From the IMG/VR virus record IMGVR_UViG_3300037311_000038, positions 1-32,191 of that record: a DNA stretch of 32,191 nt; one strand, 5' to 3'. Each line of letters starts with the position of its first letter. Position 1 is the first letter of the stretch. This stretch comes from a virus. Taxonomy: Duplodnaviria > Caudoviricetes. Of this stretch, positions 8,403 through 18,617 are shown in pieces. The translations under genes and the position numbers were made by a program. The notes under the pieces are model-generated. The model saw nothing but the letters and a program-made list of their open reading frames with translations, searched no databases and was not told the origin of the DNA.

Positions 8403-9535
8403 TATAGATCCTCCCGCAAGACCATATTGCAGCTAAAATTATTAGGGCTAACTAGTTCCCATGACGGCTCTGACGCAAAGCGCACAAACTTATACATGCG
8501 GTTTTTGGCTGTAGAATAAACAGAGTCAGTATCTAAAGAGATAAAAAACGGATTAGCAGTGCCAAAGTCTGAATAGATTTGGTTTAAATCCTCTTTGTCC
8601 GCCTTTTCTAATCCCTGCCATTTAATAGTGTAGTCCTGAGTTTGCTCATAGACTTCAGTAAATATCTGACCGCCTTCAGATGTAACTGTAATAGATCTGT
8701 CTTCGTACTTTGATTGAAGCGGGAAAGTAATCCTGCCACGAGGCGGCTCAAATGCAGTGCCTAAAAAGAATGCGCCAATCTGAATGTACGCATTAGGGTT
8801 TTGATCTACAAACTTAACACGCCAGTACCTAAGAGATTGGGTATGTAGACCTGTTTCCCGGATAATCCCCATAATCTCATCATCGTACGGAATAACTTCT
8901 GAGTAGCTAGGCGTTGTAAAATCGTTTGATTCATTACCTTGCAGATAGAATGTGCCATTGGGAGATAGCTTTAGTGCTCTATTTCGCTGATCGCACATTA
9001 GAAACGCGGTTGGATTACTTGCAAGGCCCATGTCCCATAGAATCCACTCATCGGTATTTATTCTAAGAGAGTCGGCTGTGTACGAAAGAGCGCCAGTATC
9101 GTCCAATAGAGTAGAAAATCCAAGCATTGCTGCCATGTCAGCGCTAGCAGCTGCGGTCCATTTAATATTAAACGTGCCAGCGCCTTTAGTGATCTGAAAC
9201 TTTAGTAACGCAGTTTGCGATACAGTATATGAACCAGTAGCGCCTGGGGCGGTCGTAAACGCGTTATCGATGGCCGTCATAAACGCTGATACAGACGCAT
9301 ATTCCCCAGGTGCCACGGTAGCAGTTAAATCACTGCCCCCCTCATTGAAAATGATCGTGTTATCGCCAGCTACAACCTTAAAGTATCCTTGAGAGCGCCA
9401 CACTTTAGTACGTCTTTGTAGGTTATACGCATTGGTCACAGGAAAGTTTGGGTTCTCAGAGCTGACATCCGTGTTGAGTAGGATATCAAGTGAGATATAG
9501 TTATATGTAAAAAGCTTGCCTTTAGATAAACTCAT
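8402..9535 (-). CDS. Distal tail (Dit)-like protein with inserted domains
   Basis: Directly follows tape measure; LRYWRVKF discoidin-like motif; C-terminal LREDL. Confidence 0.62.
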   Translation of the reverse strand: MSLSKGKLFTYNYISLDILLNTDVSSENPNFPVTNAYNLQRRTKVWRSQGYFKVVAGDNTIIFNEGGSDLTATVAPGEYASVSAFMTAIDNAFTTAPGATGSYTVSQTALLKFQITKGAGTFNIKWTAAASADMAAMLGFSTLLDDTGALSYTADSLRINTDEWILWDMGLASNPTAFLMCDQRNRALKLSPNGTFYLQGNESNDFTTPSYSEVIPYDDEIMGIIRETGLHTQSLRYWRVKFVDQNPNAYIQIGAFFLGTAFEPPRGRITFPLQSKYEDRSITVTSEGGQIFTEVYEQTQDYTIKWQGLEKADKEDLNQIYSDFGTANPFFISLDTDSVYSTAKNRMYKFVRFASEPSWELVSPNNFSCNMVLREDL

Positions 9536-11892
9536 GCGGTCCTAAACCCATCTTGGTTTAATTGAAATATGGCAGTAGCAAGTACAGCTCTATCGAGCGT
9601 AATTGGCACTGTAACGCTAGTATTGACTGATTGCCTTGGCGCTCTAGAGGCTAGCTCCTGCGCATCTAGGAACTGAGATAGGCGTCTTGTATCGGTCTTA
9701 TCAACTACAAGCTCTTTTGCGTTAAAGCCTGCTAGGATGTTATCGCCGCCTGAAAATACCGGCATACCACCGTCAGCAAAGCCGAAAATCTTTGTAACCT
9801 TTTTTAGAGCCCCGCCTTCACCGCCGCCAAAGATCTTTAAAATCGACTGAAGTCCTTTTTTTAGCTCCTCAATAAACCCCTTCACGATGGCAGGTATCCC
9901 GTCCTTCACAAAACCGATTGCGAACCGAATCGCTATGAATGGGGCCTGCGCGCTTATTGCCAGAGCGAACCGTGTCGCGATGAGTGGCAGCTGGCCGATT
10001 AATTTTCCTATGACTTCTGGCAGGCTATTTGAGAGCGATTCTATGAGCCTTCCGGGGAGTTCTAATAGACCGTTAACCAGGGCCTCAACCAAGGCAGGCA
10101 GCGATAATATTATATTTTCTATAATGAGAGGGATCGCATTTATAAACCCAGTAATAAATCCAGCCGTGGCCTCTGGCCCTGCGGCTAATACGTTAAATAT
10201 TTCAGATGCCACACCGCCAAGACCTGGAATAATCGTGTTTACTACTTGGCCCACAACCGTTGATAGAACTTGGCCAGCGCCTTGCGCGCCCTTAAAGGCT
10301 CCACTTATTACCTCAGCTCCTGCGCCAAGTAGCGTAGCGCCTTGGGCTGTGATGTCTAATTGCTGAAGATTTAGATTTAAACCAAGCCCGGCAGCAATAT
10401 CGCCTTGTCCTTGAGCTACCGCGTTTTTAAATGACGCAAGATCTAGCTGCGGACTAATTACTATATCATTTGATATAGCATCAGATGCTGCTTTAGCTGT
10501 CTGACCAAAACTATCACGGGCAGTAACCCCAAGGTTTGCAATCCTGGCAGTTAGCTCATCTACAGTGTCAGCTGCGCTATTTAGCCCGTTAGTTAATGAG
10601 CTGCTAGATGATGATGCGGCGGCAGTTGTTTTATTTAGCTCTGACCTTACATCAGCAATAGAAGATTGCACCTTTGCAAAGCCCGATCCAATACCAGGGA
10701 TCTTCGATCCAATCTCAATGACCTTTTGAAAGCCCAGCAGCACTGCGTCTAATGCAGTTGATAGCGCGCTTTTAATCGTAGCAGCTAGCCTTCTAAAAAA
10801 GTCCTCAACGCTTGTAGATGCAGCGCCAATCTTAATTAGCTGGTCAATAATCAGCGATAGCCCAAGCGTTGCTGATACTTTAAAAGCGTTTAGCGCGATC
10901 TGAGCTGCGCCTGCGGAAATAGAAACGCCCGTAAATGCTGTAGATATAGACGATATAATCGCTGGGATTACTTTAATCCCAATAGATACAGCCACAAATG
11001 TTGCAATCTGTGATGCTAGCGGCGCAATTACCCTAATTGCAGTGCCAACGGCCTGGCCAATGAATGTGAATGCGTCGATTAACCCTATCAAAGCCGAGTC
11101 AATAAAAGCCCTAATCGTTGTAGAGTTTTTAGATATAAACGAGTTTAGATCATTAAAGACTTTGCCTAGCTCATTGATAAGACCAATTACGATTGGATTT
11201 TGAGTAATAAATCTTCCGACCGTTTCAAGTAGGTCTGAAAAAGCATTACTTGTCTTTCCAATAGAGCCAGAAAATGTTTGCCCAAGTGCATTTGCAGCAC
11301 CGGCAAACTTTTGAGCTAAGATATCTACTGCAACGCCAGCTCTTAATTGCTGCTCAGTTAGTCCTCTTAAAAACGGAAGCTGCCTTTGAAGCTGGCTTGC
11401 ATTACCAGATAGAGACTTTGATAGTTTTTCTGTAGCGCCTTCTAGCGTATCGCCAGTAATAGCCGCAAGGTCAGCAGCGGCTTTTGTAACCTTTACCGCT
11501 TGATCATTTGTTAGGCCTAAGTTCTTCGCAAGAGTTAATGCACCAACCGCTGCATCATCTGAAAAAGTAGTTGTCGATTGAAGCGCGCTAGATAGATTTA
11601 AAAACTCATTTGATGCTTCTCTAGAAAAAGATCCAGATAGCTTTAAAGATATATTGAGCTTTTCAACTGCCTCATCAGCTGCGGCAGCTTCTCTTACAGG
11701 AGCTGAAAAGGCGTTTGCAAGCGACGATCCAAGCCTAGAGGATAGATTAATCGCCGCATCAATCCCACTAATGAGAGATGCAAACGAGATCTTACTTAGC
11801 TGGCTATTAATACCCTTAACGGATGATTTAATCTGCGCTTCTAGGCGCTCTGTATCCGCCTCGACTGGTATTAAAATCTTATCGTCTGCCAT
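9532..11892 (-). CDS. Tail tape measure protein
   Basis: 786 aa Ala/Ile/Gly-rich helical; LQSTTTFSDD, AADLAA; C-terminal FADGG; follows chaperone genes. Confidence 0.88.
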   Translation of the reverse strand: MADDKILIPVEADTERLEAQIKSSVKGINSQLSKISFASLISGIDAAINLSSRLGSSLANAFSAPVREAAAADEAVEKLNISLKLSGSFSREASNEFLNLSSALQSTTTFSDDAAVGALTLAKNLGLTNDQAVKVTKAAADLAAITGDTLEGATEKLSKSLSGNASQLQRQLPFLRGLTEQQLRAGVAVDILAQKFAGAANALGQTFSGSIGKTSNAFSDLLETVGRFITQNPIVIGLINELGKVFNDLNSFISKNSTTIRAFIDSALIGLIDAFTFIGQAVGTAIRVIAPLASQIATFVAVSIGIKVIPAIISSISTAFTGVSISAGAAQIALNAFKVSATLGLSLIIDQLIKIGAASTSVEDFFRRLAATIKSALSTALDAVLLGFQKVIEIGSKIPGIGSGFAKVQSSIADVRSELNKTTAAASSSSSSLTNGLNSAADTVDELTARIANLGVTARDSFGQTAKAASDAISNDIVISPQLDLASFKNAVAQGQGDIAAGLGLNLNLQQLDITAQGATLLGAGAEVISGAFKGAQGAGQVLSTVVGQVVNTIIPGLGGVASEIFNVLAAGPEATAGFITGFINAIPLIIENIILSLPALVEALVNGLLELPGRLIESLSNSLPEVIGKLIGQLPLIATRFALAISAQAPFIAIRFAIGFVKDGIPAIVKGFIEELKKGLQSILKIFGGGEGGALKKVTKIFGFADGGMPVFSGGDNILAGFNAKELVVDKTDTRRLSQFLDAQELASRAPRQSVNTSVTVPITLDRAVLATAIFQLNQDGFRTA

Positions 11893-12124
11893 GACGCCTC
11901 TGTCCCGCTTTCTTATTCTCTGCGTTTTGATGCCGAGTAATCTCGGTATTCACTATCGCAAAGCATTCAGCTCTAAAGCAGTCTAGCTCTGGTACTGCTA
12001 CGCCTACCTCGGCTAGCGCACGACGCATAAAATACTCATTTACGAGTATCGCCGCGTCGTTTGTCGATCTAACCCCCTTTAAAGCCCAGCGCGTTTGTTG
12101 CTCTAAGAGGGTTTTGAGTTTTTT
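11879..12124 (-). CDS. -1 frameshift extension of tail assembly chaperone (lambda gpGT-like)
   Basis: A-AAA-AAC at 12124-12118; -1 frame open for 79 codons (LKTLLEQQTRWALKGV...QRRHGRR) to TAA overlapping tape measure start. Confidence 0.8.
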   Translation of the reverse strand, partial: KKLKTLLEQQTRWALKGVRSTNDAAILVNEYFMRRALAEVGVAVPELDCFRAECFAIVNTEITRHQNAENKKAGQRRHGRR

Positions 12125-12468
12125 GACGGCTTAAACCCCTGTAGCAGCATCATGCACATATCAATAATGATCTGCATACAGTCTGGGTCTTGAGCTAGAT
12201 CATCGTAGGTCTCTAGCTTTTCGCCGTCTGACTTTCGTTTAATATCAATCTTTACAATATGCTTTTTTACTTCCGGAGCTAATACGCGGACAAGCTTTAG
12301 CCCTTCCTTAGGCTTAACTTCGACTTGACCTTTTTCGTCAACGTTCAAGCTTGCTAAGTCAAAGTACGAAAAACGCTCTTCGATTAAAGGGGGACGAAAC
12401 TCAATCGTCCCCTCATAATCAGATTCTGGCTGCTGACAAAGAGCTGGCGTAAAAACAGCTGTCTTCAT
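12103..12468 (-). CDS. Tail assembly chaperone (gpG-like)
   Basis: Between tail tube and tape measure, slippery heptamer near 3' end. Confidence 0.8.
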   Translation of the reverse strand: MKTAVFTPALCQQPESDYEGTIEFRPPLIEERFSYFDLASLNVDEKGQVEVKPKEGLKLVRVLAPEVKKHIVKIDIKRKSDGEKLETYDDLAQDPDCMQIIIDMCMMLLQGFKPSKNSKPS

Positions 12469-14000
12469 ACGAACCCTAGGTAAACTTCGCCAGCGCCTGC
12501 TGAGTCAACGTGCGCACGAAGGATTAGCTCTACAGTCACGATACCGTCCGTATCCGTTAGGCTGTATCCAACGATAACTGCGTCTGGAAGGTATAAACAG
12601 CCAGACTTCCCAGCTTGCCAGTTACCACCGGACTTTTCGCCAAAGTTATACATAAACGATACAGATTCGTTCTTTGCAAAGTACTCAAACTGCTGAGCCT
12701 CATACTGCTGAAGCGTGATAACCATGGTGATTTCAACGTTTCGTGCAGTAGCTACTGGAACATCACGTCCGCTAATAGAAGTAGCGCAAGGAATTGGGTC
12801 CTTGGTTACTTCGATTGAGCACTCCATGGTTTGAACGCAGTCTTTAATGTTAAAGTTCTCGCTAAACTTACCCATAAAGAATTCGTTATTCTTAACCACA
12901 AGCGGGGATGATGCATCATAGGTCGGTGAATATGCGCTCTGAAGAGTAGAGAATGCGTTATCAGAGGTATACCCAGTGCCAGCTGCCGTACCAGTATCGT
13001 CAGCTGCTACCAAAAACCCAATCAATGTTCCGATTGTGTTTGCAGTGTTAGCTCCCGTGTTCCAGAGAAGCGACAATACCGTGCCAGTAGAGGTAAATCG
13101 AAATTTACCAGTATCGTTATTGTAAGATACCGTGTGCACTTGAGTGGTTGCCGTTGCAGTCATAGCCTCGCCAATGACTTGTGCTAGCTCAACTGGGCGA
13201 TATACACCCGCTGGGATCGCTGCAGCAAAGGTGCCGTCATCGTCAGTAAAGTCAACGTAACGAGTAGCTGGCAGAACGATTGGATCAAAGTATCCGCCAA
13301 GTCCTGCAAACTCATGCGATACGTTTAAAATCTCACCTGCGTTTGCTGTAATCGTAGCCGATACAGCTTGCATGCCAGTTAAGGCCTGAATAGCAGCGCC
13401 GTTACCACGATAGTCCCAAAAGCTAAGCGATGGGTGACCAGCGTTCGTTGGCTTAAATGTAACATCTCGCCCTAAGTTTACGCCCGATGCAGGAGCTGCG
13501 GGGAGGTTAAAGCCAAGCGAGAGTGCGTCCGTGGCTACAGAGTAAACAGGACGGATCGAAAATCCGTTCATTGCGTCTTTAATCAAGAGAATATCGCCTC
13601 TTGAAAACTCAGCGCCTTCGCCAGTGTTTACGTTCAGCACAGCTCTTGCGGATGCAGAGCCAGCCGTCGAGCCAGACACGGTGTCACGCTCGGTAGTTCT
13701 TACGCTCTTAGCGCCAAGTAGTGATTCAAAGAACAAATCGTCTTCAGGGGCGGTGCCTTCCACGCCAGAGTGCTTTAGGAAGTGATCGATAGTGGCGCTT
13801 GCGTTATCTACGCCAACCACTGCCTTTGCAGCTCCAATAGAGCCGCGAATTTCAGGAGAGTCGATTAACTCTTTTTCTAGCAGAGTTTCAAAGCCTTCCT
13901 GTAAAGCGACAGCTTGGTTTGAGTTACTTGGGGATTCTAGAACCCCTTCAGTTGTTTCTTTTACAACGAATAAGCGTGATGCACGCGTTGTGAATGCCAT
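12465..14000 (-). CDS. Major tail tube protein with inserted domains
   Basis: LFVVKETTEG N-terminus, HPSLSFWDYRGNG, CLYLPDAVI..Y...DTDG; GGGGAT RBS; position before chaperone. Confidence 0.8.
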   Translation of the reverse strand: MAFTTRASRLFVVKETTEGVLESPSNSNQAVALQEGFETLLEKELIDSPEIRGSIGAAKAVVGVDNASATIDHFLKHSGVEGTAPEDDLFFESLLGAKSVRTTERDTVSGSTAGSASARAVLNVNTGEGAEFSRGDILLIKDAMNGFSIRPVYSVATDALSLGFNLPAAPASGVNLGRDVTFKPTNAGHPSLSFWDYRGNGAAIQALTGMQAVSATITANAGEILNVSHEFAGLGGYFDPIVLPATRYVDFTDDDGTFAAAIPAGVYRPVELAQVIGEAMTATATTQVHTVSYNNDTGKFRFTSTGTVLSLLWNTGANTANTIGTLIGFLVAADDTGTAAGTGYTSDNAFSTLQSAYSPTYDASSPLVVKNNEFFMGKFSENFNIKDCVQTMECSIEVTKDPIPCATSISGRDVPVATARNVEITMVITLQQYEAQQFEYFAKNESVSFMYNFGEKSGGNWQAGKSGCLYLPDAVIVGYSLTDTDGIVTVELILRAHVDSAGAGEVYLGFV

Positions 14001-14008
14001 TTATCCCC

Positions 14009-14479
14009 CTATTGGATCAATTCTCTGATCGTTATTGTGAATGGTACCTCAATACTTATCAACTTGCTTTTGCCAGCCTGTACAAAAATGATCTCTGACA
14101 CAGTGCCAACTTCAATAATGCTGACATCTGATGGAAGCCCAAGCTCATCCTCTCTATGAAGTCTCATCGAGAGAATCTGCGCATCTTCTTTAATTGCCTT
14201 GGCTTTAGTGTGAAATTCAGTCGTATCACTATCTAGCCTGATAACTTCGTATGCGAGCACGTATGACATCGAATGATTTATAGCTAAATGCGAGTTACAG
14301 CTTCGATCAATTGCATATTCGGCAGGGCCTACCTTTAAACCCCATCCTTTATAGAGAAATTGCTGCACGTTATCTTCTAATAGGTATGGGTTTGGGATTT
14401 CTGTTTTGACGTTTACGCCTGTAAACAAGATCCCTGGGAGTGCGGTTAAAGCATCATATACAGTGCTAAACTTACTCAC
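14009..14479 (-). CDS. Tail terminator / neck protein (putative)
   Basis: 156 aa directly upstream of tail tube. Confidence 0.55.
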   Translation of the reverse strand: MSKFSTVYDALTALPGILFTGVNVKTEIPNPYLLEDNVQQFLYKGWGLKVGPAEYAIDRSCNSHLAINHSMSYVLAYEVIRLDSDTTEFHTKAKAIKEDAQILSMRLHREDELGLPSDVSIIEVGTVSEIIFVQAGKSKLISIEVPFTITIRELIQ

Positions 14480-15309
14480 CTAGATAGCCATCCTTGCTGT
14501 TTTTTAGTCTCATAAGGGTCTAAAATGCCGTCTTCAGACTCATCTACAAGATAAATGACCTTATCCATGCGGTCTTTGTATTCGTGTCTTGCGGCAAGCT
14601 TTTGATCGGCATAGTCATCGCCAAAAGCTCCAAAGATCATTTCAGCTACTTTGTGCACAGATGCTAGGCGGTATGCATCGCGCTCTAAAATCTGACCTTT
14701 ATCCTTTATGACGCGCTTTTGAATAAGATCTTGCTCAATAATCTCAGCCGCTCTTACGTGCTGCTCTTCCCAGGAAGTCTTGCCAGCTTCAAATCTTGTG
14801 AGCACCGTTGATCTTACAAGGTCTGGATACTCAGATGCTAGATCGTCATCATCTGAAAACTTCTGACCGATAAACCGAAGCTCAATGTCGTTATCTAAAA
14901 TAGCAGTAAAGGTAATCCTTGCCCAAAACAGATCATAGATCACGATATCTTCAAGGCCAGTGACTACATCGCCATCAAAGTTTGTAGTCTCTCTAGTCCA
15001 TCCTTTGTTCTTATTTGGGTAGAACTCTACAAAGCCGTCTTGAGATAGCCCGCTTGTTACATCTTGAGTATCTACAGCTGGCACCCAAACAGTGCCATCC
15101 CAGTAGTGCACAACCATTTGAGTAGGGTTTGTGTTAGCTACATCGCCCATCTTTACAAAGAAGTGGTTAAAAGGAGATCTCTGACCGATGTAGAGGGCGT
15201 GCGTTGTTTGAAATGAGTCAATTACAGCGGTGCCGCTTTTATATCTAGCAAGCTCTGGGCTCAAATCTAACAGAGTAGTGCCGTCTGAGTATATAATGCG
15301 GTTGCTCAT
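14476..15309 (-). CDS. Head-tail adaptor-like protein with extra N-terminal beta domain
   Basis: C-terminal FSDDDDL..EYPDL + helical connector-like region; N-terminal YWDGTVW...LFWARI module. Confidence 0.58.
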   Translation of the reverse strand: MSNRIIYSDGTTLLDLSPELARYKSGTAVIDSFQTTHALYIGQRSPFNHFFVKMGDVANTNPTQMVVHYWDGTVWVPAVDTQDVTSGLSQDGFVEFYPNKNKGWTRETTNFDGDVVTGLEDIVIYDLFWARITFTAILDNDIELRFIGQKFSDDDDLASEYPDLVRSTVLTRFEAGKTSWEEQHVRAAEIIEQDLIQKRVIKDKGQILERDAYRLASVHKVAEMIFGAFGDDYADQKLAARHEYKDRMDKVIYLVDESEDGILDPYETKKQQGWLSR

Positions 15310-15539
15310 TTAATGACTCCAAGTAGGCGCTTTGGCAGTACAGATTTGTAGCATTCTAATTGTACATCTGATCTAGCTCTTTCAAACTTGTCTTGCCAAT
15401 AATTCGAGCGCTTGTTTCCAGAAATTGTAAGTATTTTATCGGATCTTGAAAATAGAGGTCTATAAAACCATTCGGCCTTTAGAACCTGGATGGACTGCAT
15501 AAACACTGTAGCCTTTCGGCCATTTGCTCTAGTCCCCAT
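15306..15539 (-). CDS. Hypothetical protein
   Basis: Coupled by overlapping start/stop on both sides. Confidence 0.55.
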   Translation of the reverse strand: MGTRANGRKATVFMQSIQVLKAEWFYRPLFSRSDKILTISGNKRSNYWQDKFERARSDVQLECYKSVLPKRLLGVIK

Positions 15540-16243
15540 TATTCCCCGATAATAAATCCTGCGTATGTGTCTATTACGACACTATTATGTGTAATCTGCA
15601 TCCTAGCTCTGTAATGGGTAAATGGATCTAGTGTGGAAGCTGACACAGGTGCTAGCGTGTACACACCATTTGCGTTTGCAGTAAGGCCGGTCTGCGTAAA
15701 CGCTGGTAATAGCGTTTCAGTCTCATCATAGACACTAAATGTAGCGGTTCCTAATAGCGTGCTGACAGCCTTACCGTCTCCATGCAGATACACTAAGCCT
15801 TGCAGCTCGTTTGCTTCGTTAACCGACAATAGAGCGATTCCTTCATACTTTACGGCGGCTGCTAGAACGCCTGTAGAGACGGCATTTTGTGATGCGGTAT
15901 TAGTCTCTCGGTTTCCAACACCGTCAACCGCTCTTACGCCAACGTAATATGTCACGCCGTTTTGTAGATACGTAAGATTAGGAAGCGTAAAGATCCTTGC
16001 GCTTGTAGTGGTAACGATTTGCTGAATATTAGCTAGATTAAAGAGCCCAGTGGCGGTTGATCCCTGGACATAGACCTCATATCTAATTTGAGGGGTTGAA
16101 TCAGTGGCAGCACTCCAAGATGCAGTCATAGAGCCATCAGGATTTACAGATAGCCCGCTAATGCCTGAAAAAGTAGGCGGAGTTAAATCAGTGACGCATG
16201 CAAGCGCTGTATCCTGATAGAACTGCTCAAAGTAGATTGGCAT
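15539..16243 (-). CDS. Fibronectin type III domain virion protein
   Basis: DLTPPTFSGI...ASWSAATD....YEVY...TYYVGVRAVDGVGNRETN. Confidence 0.8.
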   Translation of the reverse strand: MPIYFEQFYQDTALACVTDLTPPTFSGISGLSVNPDGSMTASWSAATDSTPQIRYEVYVQGSTATGLFNLANIQQIVTTTSARIFTLPNLTYLQNGVTYYVGVRAVDGVGNRETNTASQNAVSTGVLAAAVKYEGIALLSVNEANELQGLVYLHGDGKAVSTLLGTATFSVYDETETLLPAFTQTGLTANANGVYTLAPVSASTLDPFTHYRARMQITHNSVVIDTYAGFIIGE

Positions 16244-18309
16244 TAGGCCTCTCTAATCCTTGCCCGCACAATCGTGCCAGGCATTGATGCTAAGTTTAAT
16301 CTAAGCTCAGTTGTAAGCGCAGTGTTTGGAATCGTGCCAAGCGCGCTCCATGTAAAACCATTGTTTGTAGAGTATTCAAAGTCAGATGCGTGCGTCACCG
16401 TCGACTTTGTAGCTACAAGCACATCTGTGTCATCGTATGCGTCCACAATCAGCTCTGGAACAGTGCCTGATTCGTAAGCGTACTGAAGTCTAAATGCGAA
16501 TCTTGTAGGCGGACCTTCCTGAGAGTTCGCAGGAGATCCAACCCACTGGCTGCTTAAGTCGTCTGTTCCAAGTAGCCCAAGCACTAGAGATATAATCTGG
16601 CCAGGCGTTGATGCATCCTCGTTTGCGATATCAAAGGCTACTTTAAACTGAACCTGCTCTCCTAGCGCGATACTTAAGATCTCGGCGGTTGCAATCTCAG
16701 TCCATCCTCCGGCAATAGATCCAAAACCGCTTGTCCGATAGTAGAACACAAGCGTTCCAGTTGACTCAAATAACGATTCAACCGCGGCAATGTTCTTTAA
16801 CGTTGCCGAATTGACCGTGTACACAGGCGATACGATGTATGAATAATCAAACGCAGAGTCTGACCTAAAATCCATGGCCACAACGCCTCGAACTCCAGTC
16901 GTACTAGAATTAATCAAAATCCATCCCGACTGGTTTTCAAATCCGCCGATAGCTGGAAGGCCAAAGTTTACCGTATCTACCGGCATTGCCTCTAAGAATT
17001 TATTGAACAGAGATCCAAACGTGCGATCTATGCTGCTATTTGCGTCACCTTTTTGAACAAACTTGGTGCCGTTAGTGACATATACCCACTTTTGTACTGT
17101 TTCTAAGAAAGCGCCAAAAGCTGCCGTGGGCGCGGTAATCGTGCTTGATGTTATATTATACGATTCAAGGCTAGGCCACGTAGTAGCGCCAGTAGTTAGC
17201 TCGCTAATTCTGCCACGATACACGTTTGATGACGTTAGAAAATCAATACAAGCATTAGATGCGTTTGGACCTGCCGTAGGTGTATGCCTATTTTCATTAT
17301 TTGTGTTTAGTAGCGTCCCAGTCAAAGCCGGAAGGTTACCTGTAGCATCGTGAGTAAGAGATCCGGTAATGCCAAAAGCCCTACGTACAGTATGTGTTCC
17401 CGACTGCGTGCCAGAGGTTGCAATCGATGCGCCGCCGCTAGTAGCCGATAGTTCAAACGTGTTTGCCGTCACGTTTCTAGCAAAGTAGACCGTTCCAGCT
17501 AGTAATCCAGTTGGCAAAGCGCCAGTAGTAGAGAGCACTACTTGATCGTTTACTAAAAAGCCGTGGGCTGTGGCGGTCACAACTCCTGGAGTTGCAATCG
17601 TAACTGTAAAGGTCTGCCCAGGAACGTTTGGAGTACCCGAGTAATCAAACCATCTATATTGATGGGTCGCAGACACGCCGTTATGCAGATATATTCTAGT
17701 AGCGGCTGTATCTAGCACTAGGCCGGCAGCTGAGGTTGCCGTATGAAGTGTTCCAAGCGCTCCCGAGTTTTGAAGAAAATATACCGCCTTTTGGTTAGAT
17801 CCAGTCGCAAACGGGATAGTAGTACCAGACGCCGTAAAGTCTGCTAGATCAATGCTATTAGCCATAAATAGCCCGCCGTTAATCAGCACAGACCCAGTTG
17901 TGGCAATGAACATTTTCCAGCCAGTAGTGCCAGTATTTACAACCTTAAAGCCACGAATCGTATGGGTTGTAGCTGCCGTATTCGGAAGGCTTACAATAAG
18001 CCTTCCAACAATAGACGTCGCTCCAGTATCTAAATTGAAGTTATATAAAACTATTGTAACTAACCCGGCGGCTGGACCTGCGCACACAAAAAGCCTGCCG
18101 TTTGATGTCAGATGCATTGGACCGCCAGGGGTCACGGCACCAAAAGCAGTAGTATCGGTGGTAACATCAATAAACTTTGTTAGCGGTGGGCCTAAGCAGT
18201 CTTCGCCAGAAAGCGTCTTTTGAAATACTCGCCCTTGAATAGTGGTTTTCGTTTGATCGTACACACTCACTACATCTTCTAACAGGTTTTTTACCACACA
18301 CTTAGTCAT
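16243..18309 (-). CDS. Large Thr/Gly-rich virion accessory protein (head or neck fibre candidate)
   Basis: Beta-rich 688 aa with inserted VTIATPGVVTATAHG...GALPTGL..GTVYF module common in phage structural proteins. Confidence 0.65.
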   Translation of the reverse strand: MTKCVVKNLLEDVVSVYDQTKTTIQGRVFQKTLSGEDCLGPPLTKFIDVTTDTTAFGAVTPGGPMHLTSNGRLFVCAGPAAGLVTIVLYNFNLDTGATSIVGRLIVSLPNTAATTHTIRGFKVVNTGTTGWKMFIATTGSVLINGGLFMANSIDLADFTASGTTIPFATGSNQKAVYFLQNSGALGTLHTATSAAGLVLDTAATRIYLHNGVSATHQYRWFDYSGTPNVPGQTFTVTIATPGVVTATAHGFLVNDQVVLSTTGALPTGLLAGTVYFARNVTANTFELSATSGGASIATSGTQSGTHTVRRAFGITGSLTHDATGNLPALTGTLLNTNNENRHTPTAGPNASNACIDFLTSSNVYRGRISELTTGATTWPSLESYNITSSTITAPTAAFGAFLETVQKWVYVTNGTKFVQKGDANSSIDRTFGSLFNKFLEAMPVDTVNFGLPAIGGFENQSGWILINSSTTGVRGVVAMDFRSDSAFDYSYIVSPVYTVNSATLKNIAAVESLFESTGTLVFYYRTSGFGSIAGGWTEIATAEILSIALGEQVQFKVAFDIANEDASTPGQIISLVLGLLGTDDLSSQWVGSPANSQEGPPTRFAFRLQYAYESGTVPELIVDAYDDTDVLVATKSTVTHASDFEYSTNNGFTWSALGTIPNTALTTELRLNLASMPGTIVRARIREA

Positions 18310-18617
18310 GGCTCTTCCTTTGCGACACGTCTAAAATTGTTCCACACAAGCTTTGGGTCAACTGCGATCTCTCTATATACCCTGTCATCCCCATCTAGCA
18401 TGCGCACAGTTATGTACTCATTAAAGCACTGATAAACTTGAAATCTTGATCCCCATAATGGATCAAGTCTAATGGTGTCATCTAGGTCCACCCAGTCATT
18501 TGGGAGGATTCCTAGAAGCATCCCATCTGCTATTACATAATACACTGGCTGAACCCCTTGCGGGTTTTCTAAATCAGAGTCAGGTACTAATCCTGTGTAC
18601 TCATCTGAATCAGCCAT
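18306..18617 (-). CDS. Hypothetical protein
   Basis: Coupled start/stop overlaps in structural operon. Confidence 0.65.
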   Translation of the reverse strand: MADSDEYTGLVPDSDLENPQGVQPVYYVIADGMLLGILPNDWVDLDDTIRLDPLWGSRFQVYQCFNEYITVRMLDGDDRVYREIAVDPKLVWNNFRRVAKEEP

